Assembly: GCA_951406725.2 (NCBI GenBank)
Contig: OX597830.1
Location: 15,252,001-15,316,000, forward strand
Reading direction: 5' to 3'
DNA length: 64,000 nt
Origin: Octopus vulgaris
Taxonomy: Eukaryota
Shown here: piece by piece, positions 1-14,131 of the stretch
Layout: every line of letters begins with the position of its first letter
Numbering within the stretch: the first letter of the stretch is position 1
Notes under the pieces: generated by a model
What the model saw: the letters and a program-made list of their open reading frames with translations, nothing else
Database searches by the model: none
What the model was told of the DNA's origin: nothing
Program-made: the position numbers and the translations under genes

Positions 1-2330
1 ACTGACAGTAGAACAGGAAAATCCCCATTTTCCTATGTCGAGGAGAGGATACGAACAACGGAGACCACATTGGTAGTTTTTGGCCTCTACTCCTGCTGAA
101 CGCTGGTATGGAGATTTTGGCCAAGGTGTAAGTAAAGATGGCACTTGTTGGGAAACTGATTAGTGATGCAAAGACATGCACTATTCCGAACAGATCTACC
201 CAGAGCAATGTCCACTTCATGTCAGATACCATAGAAATTGGATGAGGAACTTGGTAGTGAGGTACTTATCTTAGGGCAGTCGAGAGTTTTCGATTGGATT
301 CACCACCTATCCTTAGTGCCGGTCTTCACAACTGCTGGTTCTGGTCCCGCCTTCAGATGCTGGATTACTGCAATGTACAACGATTTCTGCTCGAGAATTA
401 GAACGAATGGTTACATATCGAAACCATTCAGCATGAATATTTCGATCCGTCAAGATTGTCATCCCTTATCTCTTCTGTATGTAACGGATTCCTGAACCGC
501 TACTACAAATGCTAGAGACATTGGGAGGTAACCCTGTTAACTAGGGTGAGGAAGATCTAACTTGACATATGCGGATGGCGATACAGTTGTAGTGTCAGAC
601 ACCAGGCGCATCCAAGTGATTGGCTCCGTTCTAAGGGAGTTCGAGGAAGTGGCAGAAACCAAAATTAAACATGAAATATCAGTGGATATGCAATGCAGTC
701 CCAGGTAAGGCAGGTGTCCCAGGTAAGACACGTCGCAGGGTGGCAGATAGACGGGGCAGTATATTTGCTCGATGTCTGATATGGTACGCGTCTCCAAGTG
801 CTATGTCACATATGGAAAAAAAAAAACTATGAAAAAAAACGCATCTGGCAAACGCCGCAATCCGGTCAGGCGGTAATATATGACGGAGGCGACGTGGGCG
901 TTCGCCGTCACTGCTCAACCTATTTGTCTACTACCCACAAGAGAGGACAAACAAGGACAGACATAGGTATTAAATCGATTATATCGACCCCAGTGCGTAA
1001 CTGGTACTTAATTTATCGACCCCGAAAGGATGAAAGGCAAAGTCGACCTCGGCGGAATTTGAACTCACAACGTAACGGCAGACGAAATACCGCTAAGAAT
1101 TTCGCCCGACGTGCTAACGGTTCTGCCAGCTCTCCGCCACTGCTCAAACATTTAGAGACAACTTTCTGTTGGTCCATTTCGGCGTGAGACTGGACACCCT
1201 ACACGTCACCTCGATCAGGTCCGATAGGCGTAGTTGAGGTGACGAGTAGGGTATCCAATCGCACACAGAAATGGACCAAAAGAAAGCTGGCTTTAAATGG
1301 TTGAGCAGCGGTGACGAACGCCTACATCGCCTCCATCATATATTACCGCCTGACCGGATTGCAGCGTTTGATTTTCTGCTTCATGTGGAAAAATCCGGCA
1401 CTCCATTTACTGTCAACATCCGAGGCATGCTGTGACTGATGATGCGCAAACATACGCCGAGGTTGCGACATCACCAGTCACTCTTTGACAGGGTATAATC
1501 ACCGTTTGTCAGATGTGGTTTTTTTTGGTTTTTTTGTCATAGTTCGACTCTTTCACAGAACGGCAGTCCTAGATAAAGAAAAGCCCGATTCCAGGCGTTT
1601 GGCATCTGGAATGTCGTTAAGCGCTCAAAATCCTCTACCAGTTGGGCCATGCGGTCACTGGAAGTTCAACGTTAGCGTTTTATAGAGGATTATTGGTGAG
1701 CAACAGTGACGACGTACTCGGGGAAACCCTGGACATCGACGAAAATGAAACCAGCTACTCTGCTTCGGAGGACTTTCGGGTTTGGACCGATAATTAATTT
1801 CCAGAAATCGATTACCAGTGCCACTGTGAAGGAACTCTACAAGCAAAGAAGTACCGTCAGCCGGGCACACGCAGGATGACTCGTTTTGCACGCGCTCGTC
1901 CAGTACCTAAACATTGCTGACTTGTGGACTTATGTCGAACACCAGATGCGTGAGAAGGAGAACCAGTCTTTGCTATTCTGGTGGCCTTAGCGAAAGAGTA
2001 TGTGTAGCAGGGTTAAAAGGGGTGAAGATAGACACCTTCCTATTTGGCCACACCCACATCAACTTTTTCCAAGTTTTACTTGAAAATGAAAGTAAGGGCG
2101 GCGAAGGATGTACTTCCTTCTTGCAAATTTGGAGAAACGTGGCTGAGAGTGGCAAGCATGAATCAAGGGAACTGGTATGCGTCTGTACATTAAGGGGAAG
2201 ATGGGTGAGGGCACTTGTCTTGAGGGTCAGGATGACCGTGGACCTCTTGGGCTTCCACGAACAACCATCTGAAGACTCTCTTTTGGGGGAAATATTTCCC
2301 GTTTGAGTTTTTTGTTCCTTTGTTTCTATT
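1..2330 (+). mobile_element. Decayed Tx1/L1-clade LINE ORF2 (RT to C-terminus), interrupted by an inverted duplication and a SINE
   Basis: Degenerate RT motifs in order: TCTIPNRSTQSNVHF (~173), GQSRVFDWIHH (cf. DQxKAFDRVxH), SIRQDCHPLSLLY (cf. VRQGCPLSPLLY), YADGDTVVVSD (cf. YADD), then EVTSRVSNRTQKWTKRKLALNG..AYIASIIYYRLT. Many stops and frameshifts. Confidence 0.8.
921..1135 (-). mobile_element. SINE family A (tRNA-like head, young tail)
   Basis: Matches the other family A copies; flanked by TSD-like cgtcactgctcaacc / cgccactgctcaaac. Confidence 0.85.
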
Positions 2331-2459
2331 AATTACAGTTGACACGATTATCCTCCCCCCCCCCCACGTGATACTGTACTGTTTCGTTTTACACCGTCTT
2401 CGATCTTTTTCTAATTCCTTAGTTGACGGATATAAAATAGACAGAAAATGGATAGAAAT

Positions 2460-4075
2460 TAGATAGATAGTTGACAGATAAAAAATAGAGAGAGAGAGAG
2501 AGAGCTTAATAGATTGATTGATTGATAGATAGGTAGATAGAGATAAAGATGTTTGCGTGTATATATATATATATAATAATAATAATTATTATTATTATTA
2601 TTATTATAATTATTATTCCTAACTTACAGGATATATAATATATATGTGTGTGTGTGTGAGTGTGTGTGTGTTTGTGTGTGGTGTGTGTGTGTATATATAC
2701 AGGTATATGTAAGTGTATATATGTCTCTATATATGTATTTATGTAAGTATGCATCTATGCATGCATGAATGTATGTATGTATGTATGTATGTATGTATGT
2801 ATGTATGTATGTGTGTATGTATGTATGTATGTATGTATGTATGTATGTATGTATGTATGTATGTATGTATGTATGTATGCATGTATGTATGTATGCATGC
2901 ATGTATGTATGCATGTATGTGTGTATGCATGTATGTATGTATGTATGCATGTATGTATGCATGTATGTATGTATGTATGTATGTATGTATGTATGTATGT
3001 ATGTATGTATGTATGTATGTATGTATGTATGTATGTATGTATGTATGTATGTATGTATGTATGTATGTATGTATGTATGTATGTATGCATGTATGTATGT
3101 ATGTATGTATGTATGTATGTATGTATGTTTGTATGTATGTATGTATGTATGTATGTATGTATGTATGTATGTATGTCTGTATGTATGTATGTATGTATGT
3201 ATGTATGTATGTATGTATGCATGTATGTATGTATGTATGTTTGTATGTATGTATGTATGTATGTATGTATGTATGTATGTATGTATGTCTGTATGTATGT
3301 ATGTATGTATGTATGTATGCATGTATGTATGTATGTATGTATGTATGTATGTATGTATGTATGTATGCATGTATGTATGTATGTATGTATGTATGTATGT
3401 ATGTATGCATGCATGCATGTATGTATGTATGTATGTATGTATGTATGTATGTATGTATATGTATGCATGTATGTATGTATGTATGTATGTATGCATGTAT
3501 GTATGTATGTATGTATGTATGTATGTATGTTTCGTTGTATGTGTGTATGTTCGGGTTATTAAAACACGAGTTCATTAAGCTTATATACGCGTGTCATGCA
3601 TATCTACTTTGTATATACTTCCTTGTGTGCGTGTGTGTGTGTGTATACTTCCTTTGTATATGTGTGTGTGTGTGTGCGTGCACACTTACATACATTCATG
3701 CGTGTAAACATAAGCACATACATGTACATACACACATGTCACACACACACACACACATGTTTGTATGACGTATATTAATCAGTTAATTATCTCAGCACTC
3801 ACACGCACGGACTCTAGCAGACACAAGTACATCTACGTATGTATATATGTACGTATGTATGTATGTATGTATGTATGTATGTATGTATGTATGTATGTAT
3901 GTATGTATGTATGTATCTTTGTATGTTTGTATGTATGTATATGTGTGCGTTCACGAGCACATATGTGCGTATGTACATATGTACACACACATCTATACGT
4001 ACACACAAAGCATATATAGTTATGTACGCGTGTGCGTGTGTCTATCTGTCTGTCTGAGCGCGTGTGTGGTTGGTT
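2460..4075. repeat. Compound microsatellite field, mainly (TATG)n of ~770 bp plus GATA, TA, ATT, TG
   Basis: Directly visible; source of the MYVC/HTYI ORFs. Confidence 0.98.
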
Positions 4076-4109
4076 GGGTGGGTGAGTACGCGCGGGTGGA
4101 TAGTTAGCT

Positions 4110-4520
4110 ATGTGATTAATCCAAACCATTGTTTTTACGCTCGTATCCAAACTGAACAGATAAATTCCTGAGCATGACTCACATCCTCTCACGATGGCTG
4201 CTACCCACTGCGATGCGTGTAAGCCAGCGACAAGGCTGGACGATTTCATTCACAAATCTCCCACAGATAGGACATTTGGAATCCACGCGTTGCTCAAGCT
4301 GTCTTTGATCATCTTTGTAGCAATCTCTTTTATAAGATAATGGCTCTACACGGTTTTTCGAATCGTTTCTCTCCCCCGTCACACAGATTGTTTTCCGTGA
4401 TGTTCGAGCGAAAACGTTTAACATGACGATCACCATTGCTCGAGTATTCCCGAGGAAAATACTCTTGTCAGTTGTTGGTGTTATACGGATCAGACTGTCT
4501 ACGTCTACCTCGACGTAGAA
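4110..4520 (-). mobile_element. Possible R4/Dong-like non-LTR remnant (zinc-knuckle region)
   Basis: VDSKCPICGRF..EIVQ plus a frameshifted LVAG resembles the CxxC..ET..H.V.GC motif of RLE-type elements; heavily decayed. Confidence 0.4.
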
Positions 4521-4551
4521 ATGTCTCGTGACTGTTACACAGCTTGCAACT

Positions 4552-4924
4552 CTTTTGCTCTTTTACTCTTTTACTTGTTTCAGTCATTTGACTGTGGCCA
4601 TGCTGGAGCACCGCCTTTATTCGAGCAAATCGACTCCTGGAACTTATTCTTTGTAAGCCTAGTACTTATTCTATCCGTCTATTTTGCCGAACCGCTAAGT
4701 TATGGGGACGTAAACACACCAGCATCGGTTGTCAAGCGATGTTGGGAAGGGGGGACAAACACACACACACAAACATATACACACACGCACATATATATAT
4801 ATGTATACATATATACGACTGGCTTCTTTCAGTTTCCGTTTACCAAACCCACTTACAAGGCTTTGGTCAGCCCGAGGCTATAGTAGAAGACTCTTGCCCA
4901 AGGTGCTACGCAGTGGGACTGAAC
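4552..4924 (-). mobile_element. SINE family B (head truncated)
   Basis: Tail (ctctttta)n, ggccatgctggagcaccgcc, internal CA/TA microsatellite, cttgcccaaggtg core. Confidence 0.9.
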
Positions 4925-4989
4925 AAGGAGAGAACGAGAGAAACATTAAAACGTCTGATGCCAAATAGTTCAGCCTTGAATAAAAAATA

Positions 4990-5237
4990 AAGCCCTTCGC
5001 ATTGGCTCACAAGGCCGGGTTCCCGTATTCTGTAGCGCGTATATATTCTTCCCCCACCCTGGATTGGACATCAGTCCGTTGCAGGATTAAAAATTTTTGA
5101 CAGCTGTGTGGACTGTAGAAATAAGAAATTAAGTGTTTTGCTCAAGAAGACGACGCATCGCCCGGCCTAGGAATCGAAACCACAACCTTATGATCATAAC
5201 TGCAATACCCTAACCACTAAGCCACTCATATCCACCA
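4990..5237 (-). mobile_element. SINE family C (decayed)
   Basis: Reverse complement of the tggcttagtggttaggg..gtggtttcgattcct head and of the body seen at 32590. Confidence 0.75.
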
Positions 5238-5388
5238 GTGCCGAATAAGTGACATCGAATAGCTGGCGCCAAAGTGGCTGTTCCAAAACGTCTCTTCCCT
5301 GCTTAGGAAATATCTTTCGGTCTTTATTTTGAAGTAATTATCAGAGTTAATATAACAACGGAACATCTGTACTCAAGTATCTCGATTT

Positions 5389-5615
5389 TACGAAGGGGTA
5401 ATTAAAAGTTCTTGGGTTTGAGTAAAACAAAATACCGGAGGATCAGTTAATTCTGATTTTATTCAGCATATTCCTTTCTCAGATTCACACACTTATTACA
5501 GTGGTCCTTCAATTTTTCTAAGCCCTGTAAAAGAACTCGGAATGTTGGGCCTCCAACCGGACCCTTAAATCCTTAAACACCCTTAAATCCAAAAACTTTT
5601 CAGTAACCGCTCGTA
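5389..5615. mobile_element. Mariner-type MITE
   Basis: Imperfect TIRs ta|cgaaggggtaattaaaagtt ... aacttttcagtaaccgctcg|ta with TA flanks; second copy at 55873. Confidence 0.75.
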
Positions 5616-7304
5616 CAACACTACAACACTCCACAGGCCTTAGACCATATCTATTTATTTCGCAAATGTTTAAATCCTGTACAACCTTAGACTCTTAAAC
5701 TCTCCACATCCACCCAACTAATTAACACTTAAAATTAATGCAGAACAATAAAAGAACATAAAGCATTATACACCAATTCCACCACCGTGGCCATCCAAAC
5801 ACCCCTTTCTTCACAGCCGCAATACATGTGAACGCACCACCCACACAATCACATAACAATACCTGCAACTATTGCACAAACACTGCACAAAACTACAATG
5901 ATATTTGTAACAATGACTCCTAAACACAAACTCATGAACCGCATAATAACTGCTACAAAGGATTACTCCAGCGGATCACGCACACCCTTGCTCAAGTTGA
6001 CGCATTACTACGAACTATAGAATGACGTTAGTTGCTGTGCATACTGGGCGTCTACCCCAAACATACAATTGCATCGACCTGGTTGCACTGACACCATACA
6101 CCGGATATGCTTCTCCTTTGTACGTCTGCTCTGGTGTGGACGAAAGCATTTTATATTTGTTGTTGAATATAATGATATGAATACAACGAAATATACAGTA
6201 ACGTTTGCCATATACAGTTTGGGGACCTTTATTCGTATTAACAATAGGCGTAGAATGGATCTGGACGCAACCTCAGAACGTGTCTTTCTCTCCACCCTTA
6301 CTCACTGCTTATACATCATCGACGCTGCACAAAATGCTTTATGCTCTATTCTCAATTATACATCAACTATATTAGAAGTGACATTGTGTCCGCCTAATGA
6401 TTCCGCTTATATGAGGCAACATTCAGTCACACCATATATGCAATGGCCAATTGGAAAACGGGAGCGACCGTCTACGAAAGAGATGTACTTAAAGCAACAA
6501 TGAGCTCACAAATGTATGAAAGCTCAAATTTATAGAAAGACATGCATGCATGTTCATGTATGCACCTATATGACCATGTCACAAACCCACAACACTCTCC
6601 AACATATATATATGAACACTATCTTCGTTATCTTACTTCCAGAGTATTATAACACTATCATGTCCATCTAGAAGGCTGGACGCCTGACGCAGGCGGCAAC
6701 ACACTCGACTTGATATTACAATACGCAAATACACATATAAAACTACTTATTCACATTTATTTAAATGCATCATACAAGCTCACATGCACACATATAAACT
6801 GGGGAATGCACCCAACACCAGTGCTAAATGCATAATCCATATCGTACACACGATATACTACCCATATATTTATGTAGAGATACTCCGGTACTATATTACT
6901 TCTGACATTTGCTTCAGAACGATGACACAAAAATACATTGCAAACAGTTCTTGTAGCTATGACAAATCACAAGAGAAACCTTCAATTATACACTGGCGGA
7001 ATGATTACTACTCGATAAATATATTTTCTCCTTTGTTACTAGTTCAAAATTGTTGACATCTCGTACTCTCCTTAATCTCACGAAATCTCGCCTTTAAATC
7101 TCGCCATTTAGACACCAGAGTTGTCAGCCATTGTTCACACTCCGATTGAATAACTGGCAATATGTTCGCACGAAGCCTATGGTAACAAACTACTAATTTT
7201 CTATTTAAAGTGTGTGTGTGTGCTGCGTACGCGTGCGCACACGTGTGTGTGTGTGTGTGTGTTTGTGCGTGTGTGTAGGGGTGTGTTTGTGTATGGGTGT
7301 GTAT

Positions 7305-7376
7305 ATACTGCTTCGGCACAACATATACTAAAATTGGAACAATGACATGCAAATTCATGAAGCGTTCCGTAATTTT
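7305..7376 (+). pseudogene. U6: U6 snRNA retro-pseudogene with a ~34-nt internal deletion
   Basis: gcttcggcacaacatatactaaaattggaac matches the U6 5' part; atgacatgcaaattcatgaagcgttccgtaatttt matches the U6 3' end; ACAGAGA box and AGC triad are missing. Confidence 0.92.
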
Positions 7377-7537
7377 CACTGCAGGTGCTCAAGCATGGCC
7401 ACAACCTTGGGGCTAAAACCTATAAAGGAAGAATAAAAGAAGAATAACCTACATATATAAATGTATATAAATGTGTGTGTGTGCGTATGTATGTATATGT
7501 ATATGAAAATATGTGTGTGTGCGTATGTATATGAAAA

Positions 7538-7603
<66 letters not shown>

Positions 7604-7650
7604 TGTGTGTGCATGCATACATAATAACAGAATTAGTGAGTAGAAGATAT

Positions 7651-7861
7651 TACTCTTTACTCTTTTACTTGTTTCAGTCATTTGACTGCGGCCGTGCTGG
7701 AGCACCACCTTTAGTCGAGCAAATCGACCCCAGGACTTATTCTTTGTAAGCCTAGTACTTATTCTATCAGTCGTTTTGGCCGAACCGCTAAGTTACGGGG
7801 GCCGTAAACACAACACTATCGGTTGTCAAGCGATGTTGGGGGGACAAACACAAACACATAA

Positions 7862-7907
<46 letters not shown>

Positions 7908-7990
7908 GACGGGCTTCTTTCAGTTTCCGTCTACCAAATCCACTCACGAGGATTTGGTCGGCCCGAGGCTATAGTTGAAGACACTTGCCC
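7651..7990 (-). mobile_element. SINE family B (5' truncated)
   Basis: Matches the family B tail and body. Confidence 0.9.
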
Positions 7991-8715
7991 CACTCTCTCT
8001 CTCCCTCACTCTCACTCTCTCCCCCCTCTCTCTCTCTCTTTCTCTGTTTATGCGTGTGAGCATATTTCTAAAGGTGTGTATGAAGAGAGGGAACGTATTT
8101 ATGTCACTCGGGTTCAAATAATATATTATAATGTATGTATGTATGTATGTATGTATGTATGTATGTATGTATGCATGAATGTAATCCCGATAGGGCGACT
8201 TTTAAGCTAGCTCTTGTGGAGGGCTCCTCCTTGGGCCTTTGGCCCAACAATGACACTTCATGCATTGAGTACATATTAAATTTTATTAAACCTGACCGAT
8301 ATTTTTCAAGCAATGAACAATTTTCATCAAAGCAACGATATAGTTTGTCGACTTGGAACTTATTGCAAAGCTGCATGATGAACAACAGTACCACCACCAT
8401 CGCCACCATATCAGCCATACAAATACCATTCAGACTTCTGACTTCTGACGCTACCGCCATCAATACATTTGACTTCGCCGCCTTCCACTCCACCGCCATC
8501 ACCACTGCCTTTCACAACTTTTACTCTCTGACCGCCTTGCCTACTACCACCACCACCATCACCACCACCACCAACATCACCGCCCGCTCCGCCTCTATCA
8601 CAACCACAGCTCATACTATTACTATCACTCCGTTACCATCGGTCAGTATGTTAGTTTAGTGTTCAGTCCCTCCTTCTCTCTTTCTTATTATTACTCCCAC
8701 TGCCACCATCAAAAC

Positions 8716-8926
8716 GAGAGGAGCTTTCTCCGTCCGGGTTGCGGATCCGTGGAACAAGCTGCCAGACGAGATGGTGAAGATGCCGACGACCGCTTTGTTC
8801 AAAGCCTCCCTGGACCTCAAGTGGCCTGAACTCTTTACATGAACACCACCCTGTACTTAACTCCATGTCCCCCTACATGGCCTTGCTATTTGCTTTTGAG
8901 CCAAATTAACTAACTAACTAACTAAC
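8716..8926 (+). mobile_element. 3'-terminal fragment of the CR1/L2-clade LINE with (TAAC)n tail
   Basis: Near-identical to the reverse complement of 14132-14342. Confidence 0.92.
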
Positions 8927-9439
8927 TACTACTTTTAATAAAATCATCATCAACTCTCCTTAAATTTCTTTTTTCTCTTTCTCTCCCTCCCTTTTTCTTT
9001 CTCTTTCCCAGTCTGTTTTCGCCACCTCTCACCGTCTTTATACCTACTATTACTCTATTACTCTCTCCCCAGTATGAGCCCTACTATTACTATCACCCCA
9101 GTATGAGCAATAGTAGAAGTGTCAACGGATAGTGAGAGAGGGAGGTCGAAGTGTGACACACTGACACACAGAAATTAATTTTCGCATTTATGATATTAGA
9201 TATATAGTTTATTACTAGTTAATGATTATTAACTGTTCGTGATAATATGTCATTTTATACTACACTCTTGTCAATTAATTGGTGAAGTTGATATTCATTA
9301 TTTAGTCGCTGATTGAGTTACTGTAAATTTACTCACACGAAACCTATGGTATCCGACTACGATTTCAATATATAACTTTACGCACACTCGCACTTTGCCC
9401 ACCCCCACCGACACCCCACACAGTCAAACAAACAAATAT

Positions 9440-11925
<2,486 letters not shown>

Positions 11926-12429
11926 GTAGATGATGACATAACCTCGTTCGACTGTTTCATAATGAAGCTGAGTAACTCAAGCCAATGGTGGACAGCGTCA
12001 CCGTGGTAGCTTTCCGTGCTAAAAACAACAACCAAATATTCCTTACGTAACACCCTATCTACTTGATAATGGAGTGACACATTGGAGTCCCAGAAAGAAA
12101 ACTGTGCCTGAGTGGAAGACTTGAATATTCTTTTGATTATAGACCAGCTCATTTAGGGCTAACCGGTGCCGAAACAACGACAAGAACAACAACAGGCCTT
12201 AATAGGAACTCGATTTGGTTGCGCCGAATCAATTTTGAAAGTAAATGATATTTTTTAGTTGCAAAAGAGTCGCATTTAACTTATTTGAATTGAGATACTC
12301 AAAAATCAATGGTTCTTGGTCAATTTTTGCCTCTGGACTCTTTGATTCCTATTTTACTCTGATGGACCTTCAAAGCCATTCGATGTTTAAAACAATCCCA
12401 TTATAGCTTCATAATTATTATTATAAAGC

Positions 12430-12811
12430 AATAAAGGTCGATAAAATAAGTACTAGTTAAACACTCGGGTCGATGTAATCGACTCATCTGCACTTCCCCC
12501 AATCTGCCATTGTGGCAAAAAATTGAAATAATAATTGTTATTATTGTTATTAAGGTGGCGAGCTGGTAGAATCGTTAGTACGCTGGACGAAATGCTTGGC
12601 GGTATTTTGCCCATCACTGCGTTCTGAGTTCAAATTCTGCTGAGATCGACTTTGCCTTTCAGGGTTGATTAAATACGCACTGGGAACGATGTAATCGACT
12701 TAATCGCTTCCCCCAAATTTCAGGCCTTGTGCCTACAATAGAAGGGATTATTATTATTATTATTATCATTATTATTATTATTATCATTATTATTATTATT
12801 ATTATTATTAT

Positions 12812-12862
<51 letters not shown>

Positions 12863-13060
12863 GCAGCGAGCTGAAATAGATGTTAGCAGCCGAACAAGAT
12901 GCTTAGCAGCATTTCGTCCATTTTTACGTTTTGAGTCCAAATTTCCCCGAGGTTGACTTTGCCTTTCATCCTTTAGGGGTCGATAAAATAAGTACCAGTT
13001 GACTACTGGGTCGATGCAATCGACTTCCATCTCCTCCAACGTTGCTGGCGTTGTGCCAAA
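12430..13060 (+). mobile_element. Three old SINE A copies or fragments separated by (ATT)n/(AGT)n
   Basis: Heads at 12554 and 12861; gtcgataaaataagtac body; ggccttgtgcc-type old tail. Confidence 0.8.
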
Positions 13061-13295
13061 ACTATTATCATCATCGTTGTTGTTGCTGTTGTTGCTGGAA
13101 CAATAGGTGAAGCATTTTGAAATAGCTCTATCGACGTAGGTATGGCCGTTTCGTTAAGAAATTTGTTTTGCAGCTTCGGGATTGCAGGTTCGATCTCACT
13201 GCAGAAATTTCGGGTTGACACAAAACCTTGTCATTGAAATATAGTTGGCAGAAACTGACCAGTTAACCGACACATGGATTGTACATGGTACCAAG

Positions 13296-13631
13296 ACATC
13301 ATAAGCGGAAAGTGTAACCTCTCGAAAGAGCTGGTCTTCACTCCTGCTCCAGAGCGTCGGCTGCAGGGTCATTCCGAAAAGCTCTATCTGCGACGATTTC
13401 ATCTCAATCGAAGGAGAGGGGGCTTTCTCCGTCCGGGTTGCGGATCCGTGGAATAAGCTGCCAGACGAGATGGTGAAGATGCCGACGACCGCTCGGTTCA
13501 AAGTCTTCCTTCACCTCAAGTGGCCTGAACTCTTTACATGAACACCACTCTGTACATAACTCCATGTCTCCCTACATGGCCTTGCTTTTTGCTTTTTGAG
13601 CCAAAAAATCAACTAACTAACTAACTAACTA
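13296..13631 (+). mobile_element. 3' fragment of the same CR1/L2-clade LINE
   Basis: IISGKCNLSKELVFTPAPERRL.. matches the 468-aa ORF C-terminus; (AACT)n tail. Confidence 0.92.
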
Positions 13632-14131
13632 AGAGCCTGGCTTCATCGAAATGATTCATGAAATCTACACTTTTACAATCATTAGAATCAAGGTTCCGCT
13701 CTGGAGATAATCCATAGATCATGGTTTCTTCCTTCATTTCTCCTGCCAGTCTCGGAGGTTCAGTGATGTATTTATAAATGCTTTTCCTTTCTTCTCCAAT
13801 CGTGCCAGTCTCGGAGGTTTATAACTGCTATTCCTCTCTTCTCTAATCGCGCCATAAAAGATGTAATTTCGTTTTTTTTTTTCATTAAGAATTCATTAAG
13901 TACCAGGTACGTATTATGCCGGTTTTTCTGTTGGTCAATGAAAGATAAGATTATTGATAATGATTACTATTCATCCAGTTTTATTATCAGATTAATTTTA
14001 TTTAATTCGTTTTTACTTCCTCCTTTCGTCAATGATCACAAACCCAGGGTGGGATTTCTCGGTATTATCTAAACGTTTTACTGAAATCCTGTTACTTGTC
14101 TTGGTCAGTTCTGGCTTCAACATTTTCTTTA

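Noticed and set aside
2624-3768. Long ORFs (MYVC/HTYI repeats), and similar ones throughout
   Set aside because: Stop-free translations of (TATG)n, (GATA)n and (TG)n microsatellites.
6069-6503. 144-aa non-repetitive ORF
   Set aside because: No recognisable domain, non-ATG start; cannot be supported.
7305-7376. Functional U6 gene
   Set aside because: Catalytic core deleted; upstream is microsatellite.
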